A stretch of 32,000 nt of DNA from Acaryochloris marina MBIC11017. Its GTDB lineage: Bacteria; Cyanobacteriota; Cyanobacteriia; Thermosynechococcales; Thermosynechococcaceae. The notes beneath the pieces are model-generated. The model was given only the letters and a program-made list of their open reading frames with translations, was not told where the DNA came from and ran no database searches. Every line of letters begins with the position of its first letter. The stretch's first letter is position 1. The DNA lies in contig NC_009925.1 in assembly GCF_000018105.1 (NCBI RefSeq), positions 2,730,001 through 2,762,000 of the forward strand. Reading direction: 5' to 3'. The position numbers and the translations under genes are program-made. Of this stretch, positions 17,589-27,166 are shown piece after piece.

Positions 17589-18800
17589 CTAATTCATTAA
17601 AAATCTAGTCCGGAATTTATCAGCGAACAGTTGATGGAATTTTTTTCGTCTATTACCAGGTAACAAAAAAATAAAATCATCATTCAGCCTACTAACTTGA
17701 TGAGGATCATCACCCACCCGATTACAAGGCTTCCCATCAATAAATCCCCAGTAGCTACATGCATAGCCAGCATCTTTGGCAAGTTTTACAGCCAATGGAC
17801 TCCCAACATAATATGGAAAACATAACTGGTTGACATCGTTATTCTGAAGCTTTTCTTGTATCAATTGTTTGGAGGATATTAGATCAGTATATATTCCTTG
17901 TTCTAACTCATCTTGAGTTTCATAATACCCCTTAGCACCATATTTATTTTCAAAATCCTTGACGACTTTCAATAAAGACTTTCGCCAGTTTTTCTGGCCA
18001 AAAAATTCCACTCCTCCATGATTACTGACAAAATTCGTACAGCATAGCCGAAGTCTTTCATCATCAAGATATCTCTTCTTGCCACTCATTCTAGGGGTAT
18101 ATTCATATATTGGCGTTCCCAGTTGGAGTTGTCTATCCCATATATCCTGTCCATTACTTCTCACAATTGGCACATTATGATGACCCATAGCGTAGTCAAA
18201 ATCAGGACTAAGAAAATCAACTATCTTGGGTGACGTATAAACCTGAGAGTGATATAGAGTATGCGATTGAAAATCAAATACGCTAGATTGATACATCTCA
18301 GAAATTTCTTCCCATGTACAGTATGGCTCAGCCGATAACTCGCGTTCTATTAACGAGTTATAGCCAATTTTTCCAGACCATACATCTTCCAAATTATGGT
18401 GTCTTTGCGCACCTGAGTTTATCACTCCAGGAATTAGAAAACAGGTCGCATGCATGCCATATTTTTTGAGCAGGGGATAGGCAAAGGTCCATAAACTTCC
18501 CCAACCATCATCAAATGTCAAAAGAACTGAGCGCTCTGGCATCGGTTTTTGAGCCAAGATAATACTTAAAAAGTCTGCAGCTTTGAGTGTTTGATAGTTG
18601 TTTTCATATAAATATTCAAGTCTTTGTTCAAAGACATCAGGCTTGACCGAATGAAAGGTAAAAACAGGTATCTCATTTATAATCTCAGCCTCACTATCAA
18701 ATACAAAGCGAGGGTATGATCCTTTGAAGTAAGCTTTGACTTCTGGAATATTTTTTCTATATATATTTTTTAGTTTCAGAGATGTTGCACTAAGATTCAT
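17589..18800 (-). CDS. Polysaccharide deacetylase (NodB homology / CE4 family)
   Basis: LLTFDDGWGSLWTFAYPLLKKYGMHATCFLIPG (the TFDDG motif) and a downstream HTLYH. Confidence 0.85.
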   Translation of the reverse strand: MNLSATSLKLKNIYRKNIPEVKAYFKGSYPRFVFDSEAEIINEIPVFTFHSVKPDVFEQRLEYLYENNYQTLKAADFLSIILAQKPMPERSVLLTFDDGWGSLWTFAYPLLKKYGMHATCFLIPGVINSGAQRHHNLEDVWSGKIGYNSLIERELSAEPYCTWEEISEMYQSSVFDFQSHTLYHSQVYTSPKIVDFLSPDFDYAMGHHNVPIVRSNGQDIWDRQLQLGTPIYEYTPRMSGKKRYLDDERLRLCCTNFVSNHGGVEFFGQKNWRKSLLKVVKDFENKYGAKGYYETQDELEQGIYTDLISSKQLIQEKLQNNDVNQLCFPYYVGSPLAVKLAKDAGYACSYWGFIDGKPCNRVGDDPHQVSRLNDDFIFLLPGNRRKKFHQLFADKFRTRFLMN

Positions 18801-19759
18801 TAGTTCATTAATTTAAGATATAAGTGAATACTTACATTCAAGACTCAACAAGGTATTGAGTAGCTATCAACTATCAAACTTGAATCACTTGATATAGTAG
18901 AAGCATCTGAGCAATCGACATTATTAAATTGAGGCGTTGCTACTTTAGATTAGCAAATTAAAAATAACTGTGGCTAGTGATCGTTATGTTGTCGTACTAT
19001 GCTAATCAATTTAGTTAATACTTCTGACTTTCGTTTATGCATGGAGTCAGCCAATACATCACTACTTCAATTGTTTTACCAGCATCAGAGCAATCTTTCT
19101 GCTCGGATTATGCCATTCTATCAAGCTATTTGATTCTGCAGATATTGAGCTAGCCAACCTTTAAGCTCACCGAGTAGAACAATAGAAGGTGTCATTGTAT
19201 ATGATGAAATTCTTTACTCTCACCTAGAATCTGAGGTGTTCAATGACTGTCTACTGGTGCAATATCAAATTTTGGAACTTCTCATTAATACTGTCATAAA
19301 TATTTGAGGCAAAGTGTAAGGATATCAGTGGCGATGACTCATACTAATTTCATCAATAAATATGGCCATATGGACACCAATTGACTTTATTCAATGCACA
19401 TCATCACATACTAAAGCGAAGTATGTAACTCATGTCTGAAGGAAATAGACCGTGCACTTTCTGATCTCAGCCAGCCATTGCATCGTCTAAGGTAATCCTC
19501 AATAGAAATTTCAACACTCATAACATGGGCAACTATCGACGATCTAACGCTTGTATGGCAAAGTGAGGCTGTTTACAGTACCCAACGGTTAAAACCTACG
19601 ACGTCACTAGCTGATCTTCTTAGGCTCATTGCTGAGAGACATCTTGCGAGGTGAAGCTTTTCACTGTCATGTAGTTTATAGAAATAGTTCCACACTTACG
19701 GATTTTTAAGATTATGCTGCTTTTCAATTGTTGTAAGCATATCTTCTTATCAACCCAAT

Positions 19760-21286
19760 TTGAAGCTATCCAGATTGAGGAGCATAGCAGACTTAAGAAC
19801 AGTTGGCATCTTTTTTGATCTTCAATACATAAATTCTTATATTTCTAGCAATTCAGAGGCAACTTTTTTGAAGTCTATACGCAAGATATTTCAAGCTATC
19901 GATTTTTCATATTTTTTTACTTTTCTCAGTGAAGCTACTTTAGGGATTACGTTTTTACTTTACATTTTTATTGCGCGCGTTGTTGGCCCAGGGCAATATG
20001 GTATTTTCTCAGCAGCAGCTTCCCTAGGCGGGATATTGGCTTTTTTTACACAGTTTGGCTTTTCGGCTTTAATCAATCGTGAGGTTGCTAATAATCCTAA
20101 AGAAGGGACAAAAAACACCTATTTATATTTATTTATTGAATCACTTAATTCCTTATTTATCTTACTACTGCTTTTACCGTTATCGATTGTTCTTGGGTTT
20201 CAAGACAAAGGTATCCTAATTTGTTTTTGCCTCACTATTTCTGAAATTTGTAGGGGTGCAAAACAGACTGTCAGAGGTGTATATCGTGGCAACTCTCAAT
20301 ATAAATCTGAGACTATCTTGCTTGCATCTGAGAGAATCATTTTAGGAATAATTGCTAGTCTAGTATTAGTAATCTCTAAGGATTTATTTTTCGTCACTGC
20401 TGCCTTTGCTGGCGTACGCATTATTGATTTATTCGTAGTAATATTTATTTTAAGTCGACAATTTACTTTATTGTCAGCCATAAACTCGCAAACCGTTTGG
20501 AATGCTGTCAAAAAAGCCTATCCTTTTGCGCTTACAGGGATTCTATGGGTCGTATACTATCAAATCGATCTATTAATGCTCAATACTTTATCAACGTCCG
20601 AGCAAGTAGGTTACTATAGTGCATCATATAGAATTTTTGAAATCTTCTTAACTCTACCCAGAATTATTTTCCTGGTATCTTTTACAAAACTAGCTCGTCA
20701 TAACTTCAATGACAAGCCAAAACTCTCTACAGAGTTATTCAATTCAGTTATCTTACTAATTGTATTCGTTTTACCTTTTATTATTGCGGCTGGTTTACTA
20801 TCTGTTCCATTAGTCAATATAATTTATGGAAGCAGTTTCTATGCAGCAATTCCATCTTTAGTCATCCTTCTGCCTAGCTTAGGGATAAAAATGTTTGGAA
20901 CGTTAATTCAATATTTTTTTGAAGCAACTAAGCGGGAAAAAATTTTACCGCCGCTTCTTTTAACAACTGTTATTTTCAACATTAGTGCGAATGCAATTCT
21001 TATCCCACTATGGGGTGCTCTCGGTGCAGCCTTAGCAACACTAATTAGTGAATTTATTTTCACTATATTTGGATCAACGATGCTGATTCGAATCAAATTT
21101 CAAAGAATTGGTTTCACCATACTCTACATCGCACTTTTATGTCTATTAGTCTCATTAATCCCTTCACTGATTTTTTATAAAGTCAATATTTATCTTTGTA
21201 TTGCAAGTTTTGCTATATGTGTATTGCTTATCGCTGTGATCACCAGAAAATACAAGAAATCATCCATTAAACCAAGAACACTTTGA
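19760..21286 (+). CDS. Second MOP-superfamily polysaccharide flippase/export protein; start codon uncertain
   Basis: Highly hydrophobic multi-helix protein containing ARVVGPGQYG. There is no in-frame ATG in the first approximately 270 codons, so the candidate starts are TTG 19760 and TTG 19868. Confidence 0.7.
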   Translation: MKLSRLRSIADLRTVGIFFDLQYINSYISSNSEATFLKSIRKIFQAIDFSYFFTFLSEATLGITFLLYIFIARVVGPGQYGIFSAAASLGGILAFFTQFGFSALINREVANNPKEGTKNTYLYLFIESLNSLFILLLLLPLSIVLGFQDKGILICFCLTISEICRGAKQTVRGVYRGNSQYKSETILLASERIILGIIASLVLVISKDLFFVTAAFAGVRIIDLFVVIFILSRQFTLLSAINSQTVWNAVKKAYPFALTGILWVVYYQIDLLMLNTLSTSEQVGYYSASYRIFEIFLTLPRIIFLVSFTKLARHNFNDKPKLSTELFNSVILLIVFVLPFIIAAGLLSVPLVNIIYGSSFYAAIPSLVILLPSLGIKMFGTLIQYFFEATKREKILPPLLLTTVIFNISANAILIPLWGALGAALATLISEFIFTIFGSTMLIRIKFQRIGFTILYIALLCLLVSLIPSLIFYKVNIYLCIASFAICVLLIAVITRKYKKSSIKPRTL

Positions 21287-21352
21287 ATGTATTAGAGAAA
21301 TTGCTATCACTCTTATACGTGTTCAGTAAAAACAAGAAGACTTTCCACATCA

Positions 21353-21395
21353 TGATGAGTCAGATCATGGCTGTACTCAATCATCTGACTCATTA
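21353..21395. terminator. Hairpin between convergent genes; candidate bidirectional terminator
   Basis: 11-bp perfect stem ATGAGTCAGAT (21355-21365) / ATCTGACTCAT (21383-21393) with a 17-nt loop. Confidence 0.45.
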
Positions 21396-21401
21396 TTAGA
21401 A

Positions 21402-22844
21402 CTACGGGCTATAGTAATTCCAAGTCAACTTACTACGCCGATAATATTCGTTTTCCCAGAGGGATGGGCGATCTGGGCGAGGGTTAGGTGCAGGATTTTG
21501 ATAAATTCTGAGCTCTTGGTGATTCATAACTACTAACTCTTCTCGCCAATCTCCTGTCACATCCGCAATATATAAACGATCTGCTACTGTTTGAAATTTA
21601 TCAACAAACTCTCCAGTCAAAGGCTTAAATAAACCGACATCTCCCGATTCATGTCTTTCTTTCGCTGCTGCTAATTGCTTTGGCTCCCCTGTCCAGTGAA
21701 TAGGGACAATCACTTCTACACCTTTAGTTGTCCAACCCTTCGGTGCTACATTTTCAATCTTATAAATGTCGATTAGTTTGCCCGTCGAATCAAAAACAAA
21801 TGGTCTTTGGTCTTTGTAGCGGCTACGACACCAAATCTCTAAACCAGGCTTCTCCAGATCAAAATCCCCAACAGCTGCATTTTGTGGTTCTTGATTTTTA
21901 TAATCGGCTTGCCAAAATAATTCTTTAGTATTGTATAGAAAGATACGATTATCTCCACCCTCCTCCAATGCAACGACTTCTAAGCCAGATGAGTCAGGTT
22001 TAACATCTGCTATAAATACTGAGTCTATATGGGGAGCATTTTGCAATTTTATTGGTAGTTGAAATACAATCTCTCCTAATGAATTGACGATATTACCGCC
22101 AATCACTTCATCCTTTCCATCACCATCTAAATCGACAACTCTCGCACCATTATGGGCAGGGCTATGGAAATCATTTTGGACCCAAAGTGGCTTGGGTTTC
22201 TCAGTCTTGATTAATTCTTCTATTGAATAAGCTGCTAGGTGCTTACCCAAACGATAGTTGGTATTAGTAGTAGCTTGCAGTAGGAGATCTTTATCTCCCT
22301 CACCTCTAAAATTTACTACAACTAAATGCTCCCAGCGCTGTACCTTTTTGGGCACATTTAATTGGACAATCTTTTTTGACTTTCCATTTTCACCGTCGAC
22401 AATATGGAGTTTATTATCTGATGACAAAAATAATACTTCTATTTTTTGATCTGAATCAACATCAGCGACTTGAAGCCCTGGAGCATGAAGGCCCGGAAGA
22501 CCTTGAGCCTCTGCTTTTTCTGTAACATGTATATCGACTTTCTTGTCCCACAGCTTTTTACCTGTGCTGTCAAAAACAGAAATCTGATTCTTTTGAGTAA
22601 TAAGATAATCTCGCTGATCATCATTATTTAAATCATAAGCAATTAATCCACCAGAACCATCTTCAAATTCAGGCAAGTCTAATGGAATACGGATAGGCTC
22701 TATACCTGAGTATGGTATATTCTTGCTCTTTAAATTTTCAGATTCACATCCTTGTAAAACAACCAAAAATAAAATCAGAGATAAAATTTTGTGAGTATGC
22801 TTTATCAATATTTTTACCTCTTTCTTTAAAGATATTTTGCGCAT
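21402..22844 (-). CDS. Secreted FG-GAP/beta-propeller lipoprotein resembling PL11 rhamnogalacturonan-type polysaccharide lyases
   Basis: Signal peptide with lipobox LQGC. Repeated Asp-rich calcium-loop motifs: DLNNDDQRDYL, VADVDSDQKIEV, VVDLDGDGKDEV. The C-terminal ADVTGDWREELVV...LRIY resembles the YesW-type GDWREE signature as I recall it. Confidence 0.6.
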   Translation of the reverse strand: MRKISLKKEVKILIKHTHKILSLILFLVVLQGCESENLKSKNIPYSGIEPIRIPLDLPEFEDGSGGLIAYDLNNDDQRDYLITQKNQISVFDSTGKKLWDKKVDIHVTEKAEAQGLPGLHAPGLQVADVDSDQKIEVLFLSSDNKLHIVDGENGKSKKIVQLNVPKKVQRWEHLVVVNFRGEGDKDLLLQATTNTNYRLGKHLAAYSIEELIKTEKPKPLWVQNDFHSPAHNGARVVDLDGDGKDEVIGGNIVNSLGEIVFQLPIKLQNAPHIDSVFIADVKPDSSGLEVVALEEGGDNRIFLYNTKELFWQADYKNQEPQNAAVGDFDLEKPGLEIWCRSRYKDQRPFVFDSTGKLIDIYKIENVAPKGWTTKGVEVIVPIHWTGEPKQLAAAKERHESGDVGLFKPLTGEFVDKFQTVADRLYIADVTGDWREELVVMNHQELRIYQNPAPNPRPDRPSLWENEYYRRSKLTWNYYSP

Positions 22845-23120
22845 GCATATGCATAACTATGCTTGCCAGACTTGAAACTGTTTAGTATCAAAAAACTTTC
22901 AAGTATTAGCACTATATGATACACCTCAGTACAGGATAAAAGCTTGAGAGAGGCGATAGAGGTAGGGTTTCACTAGAATTACCGCTGTTCAAATGAACTC
23001 CATGATTCAATATAACGACCTCAACAGTAGCCTCTACCCCCACCTGAATTTGTCCGCTTATCCTTTTTCGTCTTATGCTTAGCGGCTTGGTCCAACGTCA
23101 AAATCGGTAATCGGAGAGAA

Positions 23121-23549
23121 TTAGCACTGTTTCTTGAAGGAAATACCCACTCTGACTCCAAGAATCTGCCTCCCAGTGAAAACATTAGCAACTTTCTTGT
23201 GAGAATTTGACAATGAGACCATCGCCAAGCTCGTCATCAATGGAATTCCAAGGCCACAGCCACGGGTGCTGTGGATTAACCACACGATCGGGACATTTGG
23301 CACTTATTCCTACAACATTCAGAGTATTGAGGTTGTTCATGAAGAAGTTGCTTTTTCTCTGCTGCTGTGGGTGTCCAAGAAGCAAGACAATTCTAATCCT
23401 GACGGAGTAATGCGGTTGGTTGAGCATTTGTAGGGTAGCTTCTGCATATCTGGCCATGCCTGTATGATGACCGCAAGTTCATTGGTCAAACATGAATACG
23501 ACATGGGATTCGCAAGACCTGAACTCGTAATCACCACAAGTTCTTGCAA
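23121..23549 (-). pseudogene. Possible decayed gene of unknown family (three overlapping same-strand ORF fragments in successive frames)
   Basis: ORFs 23337-23549, 23185-23457 and 23121-23303 are all on the minus strand and overlap end to end. The stretch is locally GC-richer than its AT-rich surroundings. I recognised no family. Confidence 0.3.
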
Positions 23550-24201
23550 GCCTTTCTATTTGTATCGTGTACCTCATTTAACCATACATTCATAAACGTT
23601 CTATTGATCTAACCTGTTCACTTTATATCTTCTGTAGATATCAGCTCTAATGAGTCTAGGACATGGATCAGAAATATTATCCACACAGTAAAATAACCTG
23701 AAATTACTCCAGTCTCTGATCAAAGATCAAAGGTTATATCTATCCACAACTCACTATTTTTAAGGTATTAAAGTGCAAAACAGGATTTATTTTTATCTTT
23801 CAGAATCTTATCAATCTAGTATTTAACAGGGATGGAGCTTCTTAAACTCCTATTAATAACTGAAGTGTATGAGGGATAGCGACGGTTCTAATCAAAGCTT
23901 AGGTTCCAAAAGATCTATTGAGGAACTTTTGAAGATTTATGGCGTCTAACTGTTTGTATTTTTGCTGAAGAAGATAAATATGGCTCACTGTTTTTAGCCT
24001 TTTTAGGATGAAGTTCGATAACGGATAAATTCTCATCTAAACTTCACGGAGTTTTCACAGAAGCTTACTACTATCGTACTCATGTTGGTATTTGGTACTA
24101 TTCCTAAATTTCATTTTTAGTGATTAGTATCATGTATCCTACATAACTTCTTGCCTCACCCTATTGTCCTCATGGCTAACTAGCATAGGCAATATTCCTC
24201 G

Positions 24202-24900
24202 GTGAGTCTGACGCAAAGTTTCATTCAGTTTTTCGCAGGTACGCAGCTAATGGCAGTATCAACCCCCGTCACTCCGCACTCTCTTTCAAATAACGTTACG
24301 TCCCTCTATGAAGCTCGCAGTTTATGCTTAAGACCGGGCCAAGTCGTTCCACAGCAATCTGATCATCTCTGGCACATTGAGTTAGGCTTGGTACGCACCC
24401 TTACTTGGAATGAAGAAGGTGATTTAGTCACTCTTGGACTGTGGGGAGCCGGCGATTCTGTAGGTCGCTTGTTGTCTGAGGTCGCTCCTTTCCAGATGGA
24501 ATGCTTAAGCGCGGTAGAGGTGAAGCCCTTGCCTTTGGCAGGTCAGGATTTGGGGGTGGTGATGCGATCGCACCTCCGCTACATGGAAGAACTCTTCAGC
24601 ATCATCAGCTATAAGCGGGCACCTCAAAGGTTATTGCGCTTTTTGGATTGGCTAGGCGATCGGTTTGGCCGCCAGGTCGATCAGGGACGAATCCTAGATT
24701 TGGGATTAACTCATCAGCTCTTAGCTGAGATTACAGGCATCACCCGCGTCACCGCCACTCGTCTGCTCAATGAATTCGAGCGGGAAGGTAAGCTGTTGCG
24801 CCTGCCCAAGCAACAAATGCTGCTGCAGTTCAACTCAGGGCATCCCGATCGAGTGACCAGCATGGCCCGACATCGCGCTAGAGGGAAACGCAACACCTAA
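24202..24900 (+). CDS. Crp/Fnr family transcriptional regulator
   Basis: N-terminal beta-roll-like region and C-terminal HTH LTHQLLAEITGITRVTATRLLNEFEREGKL. GTG start. Confidence 0.8.
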   Translation: MSLTQSFIQFFAGTQLMAVSTPVTPHSLSNNVTSLYEARSLCLRPGQVVPQQSDHLWHIELGLVRTLTWNEEGDLVTLGLWGAGDSVGRLLSEVAPFQMECLSAVEVKPLPLAGQDLGVVMRSHLRYMEELFSIISYKRAPQRLLRFLDWLGDRFGRQVDQGRILDLGLTHQLLAEITGITRVTATRLLNEFEREGKLLRLPKQQMLLQFNSGHPDRVTSMARHRARGKRNT

Positions 24901-27035
24901 TTGAGTAGGGCGGTTAGCTGGCTGACTTGTTCAGCCATGCCTTGATCTAGCCGTTGCAGACGATCGGTCTCTTGCTCTAGCTGAATGTCTTGAGTCTCTT
25001 TTTGGGTGACCAAATAGGTGAGTTCCGTTTGGCGAGCCAGAATATCATCGTTCAATCGCTGAATAATCTCAGTTTCGTGGGTATTAAAGCAAGACTCGAC
25101 AGCTTCATACACTGCCTGCTGCTGCTCTTGGGCAATTTGGGGCAGACATTTGGCAAATTCTTGGCGAGTGGTGGTCAGGAAGGTCTGACGAACATATTCA
25201 GCTTGCCCTGCCACTAGACCTGCGCCCGCAACAATCACTAGAAACACATTCAAAGCCATGGCTGAAAACAAAAAGCCAACCATTTGAATCACCAAGGTGA
25301 CGCAGAGGGAGGTAAACACCGCCTGCATCACCCGTCGCCAAAAGGGGCTTAAACGACCCACCACCCCATTCAGGGAGTTGGGAATGGCATCCAAGACTTC
25401 AAAGACGGTGTCGGTCCAGGTTTCAGCATCATTATAGGGATGTCCTGATGCCCCATAGGACTGGCCCAACAGCTTGGCATTAATCACCTCCACCACTTGG
25501 GTATAGGTGGCCTGATATTGGTCGGCAACGGCTTGCACCTGAGCAAAAGCCGTGTCTAATTGCTGGGTCGCCTGCATTTCCCACTCCGCCAATTTATCCG
25601 TGAGGTAGCGTTCAAAGGCTCGCTTAAAGGATTCATGGAACTTGGCCCGGTTCTGTTTGTTGAGGAAGTCTAAAAACTCTAGATCGGGCTGGGAGGCCAC
25701 AAAGTCCGTTTCAAAGGTTTTTTCCAGCTGCAGCATATAGGCCCGAAATGAATCGGCAATGGATTGGGCTTCGCGATCGCGGATTTGGCGAATTTCGGTC
25801 TGAAAGTCCGTGGAGACGGTTGCGAGCTGATCGAACTCACTTTGGACGGAAGCAACTTTCGCCTTCAGGTTACCGATATCCTCGTCTAACAAGGGAATCC
25901 GCCGTTCAACCGCTTCATGGACATGGGCCGCCACGGCCCGAGCTTGATGCACGGCATGATTTAACTCAGCATTGGTGCGCTCGCGGGTTAAAAACTGGGT
26001 GAGGGCATCGAGAAATGCGGGTATACCCGTTTCGTCTAGGGAGGCTTTGGGGTCGTGGAGTTGTGACCTTAACGCGGGCAACGCTGAAATTTCAAAGACC
26101 CGCTGTTGATAGCGATCTTCGCCATTGACTGAACAGTAGGGGGAGAGGTGGGTTTGAAAAACTTGTCGGAGCTTTGCTTCTGCCTCGGTCAAGGCACTTT
26201 TATCCTCTGGATCGAGCAGACTGGTTTTCACTTTATCCCAGGCATTGAGGAGAAAGAAAATCGTTAGTCCTCGGTTCTGGAGAAAGTTGCGGAGGTAACG
26301 CCGCTCATCGAGGGTGCAAGGCTGGGTGGTATTGAGGACAAATAACACCGCATGACAGTCGTTGAGATAGTTGAGGACTAGCTCGTTACGGGCTTCTGTA
26401 TCGTTTAAGCCAGGGGTATCGACGATTTCAATTCCTTTGGCTAAGAGAGGCAGGGGATACTCGATCACCGCATGACTGACATTGGGAAAGGCTTGCTCAT
26501 CCTTATCCTGTAGCGCTTTGGATTCGGACGGGTCGATGGTGTATTTCCATTTGAAGGTGGCGACATCAATCTGCTGGGGTGGGGTGTCATCACGAAAATA
26601 AATGGTGACTTGCTTCTGGGGGCCATATTTGAGAACGCTCAAAATGGCGGTACAAGGGTTGACATCGCTGGGCAGCAGTCGTTCTCCCAAAATGGCATTG
26701 ATCAGGGTACTTTTGCCACGTTTGAGATCGCCCAAGACTACTAACCGAAAGACGCCTTGCCGCAGATGATCACTAGCGGTTTTAACCAAGGTGATCTGGC
26801 GATCAAAGCCTAAAGATCCTGAAGCCTTGGTACCGTCCAGTTCCGATTGAATCAGCCCCTGAGACATGTGATCTAAATGATCGGCAACCTGCTCGCGAAC
26901 ACGGCGAACTTGGTCAAAATCATCTAAATATCCCGCAGGTGGGGAGGCGTTGACAGGATTGCTCATGGATTGGCGGTTGAAAGGACTGAAGTCTGAGATA
27001 GCGAGCGCTGACCGTACCATCATAGCGACAGCCAA
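24897..27035 (-). CDS. Bacterial dynamin-like protein (BDLP type)
   Basis: G1 VLGDLKRGKSTLINAILG followed by LLPSDVNPCTA, G3 DTPGLND, and G4-like NAWD. A hydrophobic paddle (VFTSLCVTLVIQMVGFLFSAMALNVFLVIVAGAGLVAG) sits within a long helical stalk. At 712 aa its length is close to the Nostoc punctiforme BDLP archetype. Confidence 0.88.
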   Translation of the reverse strand: MAVAMMVRSALAISDFSPFNRQSMSNPVNASPPAGYLDDFDQVRRVREQVADHLDHMSQGLIQSELDGTKASGSLGFDRQITLVKTASDHLRQGVFRLVVLGDLKRGKSTLINAILGERLLPSDVNPCTAILSVLKYGPQKQVTIYFRDDTPPQQIDVATFKWKYTIDPSESKALQDKDEQAFPNVSHAVIEYPLPLLAKGIEIVDTPGLNDTEARNELVLNYLNDCHAVLFVLNTTQPCTLDERRYLRNFLQNRGLTIFFLLNAWDKVKTSLLDPEDKSALTEAEAKLRQVFQTHLSPYCSVNGEDRYQQRVFEISALPALRSQLHDPKASLDETGIPAFLDALTQFLTRERTNAELNHAVHQARAVAAHVHEAVERRIPLLDEDIGNLKAKVASVQSEFDQLATVSTDFQTEIRQIRDREAQSIADSFRAYMLQLEKTFETDFVASQPDLEFLDFLNKQNRAKFHESFKRAFERYLTDKLAEWEMQATQQLDTAFAQVQAVADQYQATYTQVVEVINAKLLGQSYGASGHPYNDAETWTDTVFEVLDAIPNSLNGVVGRLSPFWRRVMQAVFTSLCVTLVIQMVGFLFSAMALNVFLVIVAGAGLVAGQAEYVRQTFLTTTRQEFAKCLPQIAQEQQQAVYEAVESCFNTHETEIIQRLNDDILARQTELTYLVTQKETQDIQLEQETDRLQRLDQGMAEQVSQLTALLN

Positions 27036-27166
27036 TGGCTGATGGCGCTACCGACTCTCAGTATTCCCAGGTGGGGAGTGATGCGAGACCGCAGTGAGGG
27101 AGAACACGCGCAGGATCGGATCGCGAGGCTAGACTAACGCCAGTTGAATCTATCCATTGAGGGCAA

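Noticed and set aside
20296-21096. Minus-strand ORFs of 71 and 62 aa within the second flippase gene
   Set aside because: They are antisense to a long membrane-protein ORF and have no motifs.
21728-22624. Three short ORFs (66, 63 and 61 aa) overlapping the beta-propeller lipoprotein gene
   Set aside because: They are antisense or alternative-frame chance ORFs within a 480-aa CDS.
986-22844. Expectation of Wzy polymerase, Wza/Wzc (or KpsMT) export genes and an initiating phosphoglycosyltransferase in the polysaccharide locus
   Set aside because: None of the ORFs in this window shows those signatures, so I do not claim a complete pathway. These genes may lie outside the window.
22843-22854. 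12-bp palindrome ATGCATATGCAT overlapping the lipoprotein start codon
   Set aside because: It is short and AT-rich, and such palindromes arise by chance. There is no second copy or partner site in the window.
24714-26002. Short ORFs (60, 75 and 84 aa) overlapping the Crp and dynamin genes
   Set aside because: These are Arg/Gly/Pro-rich translations typical of antisense or out-of-frame reading of GC-rich coding DNA.
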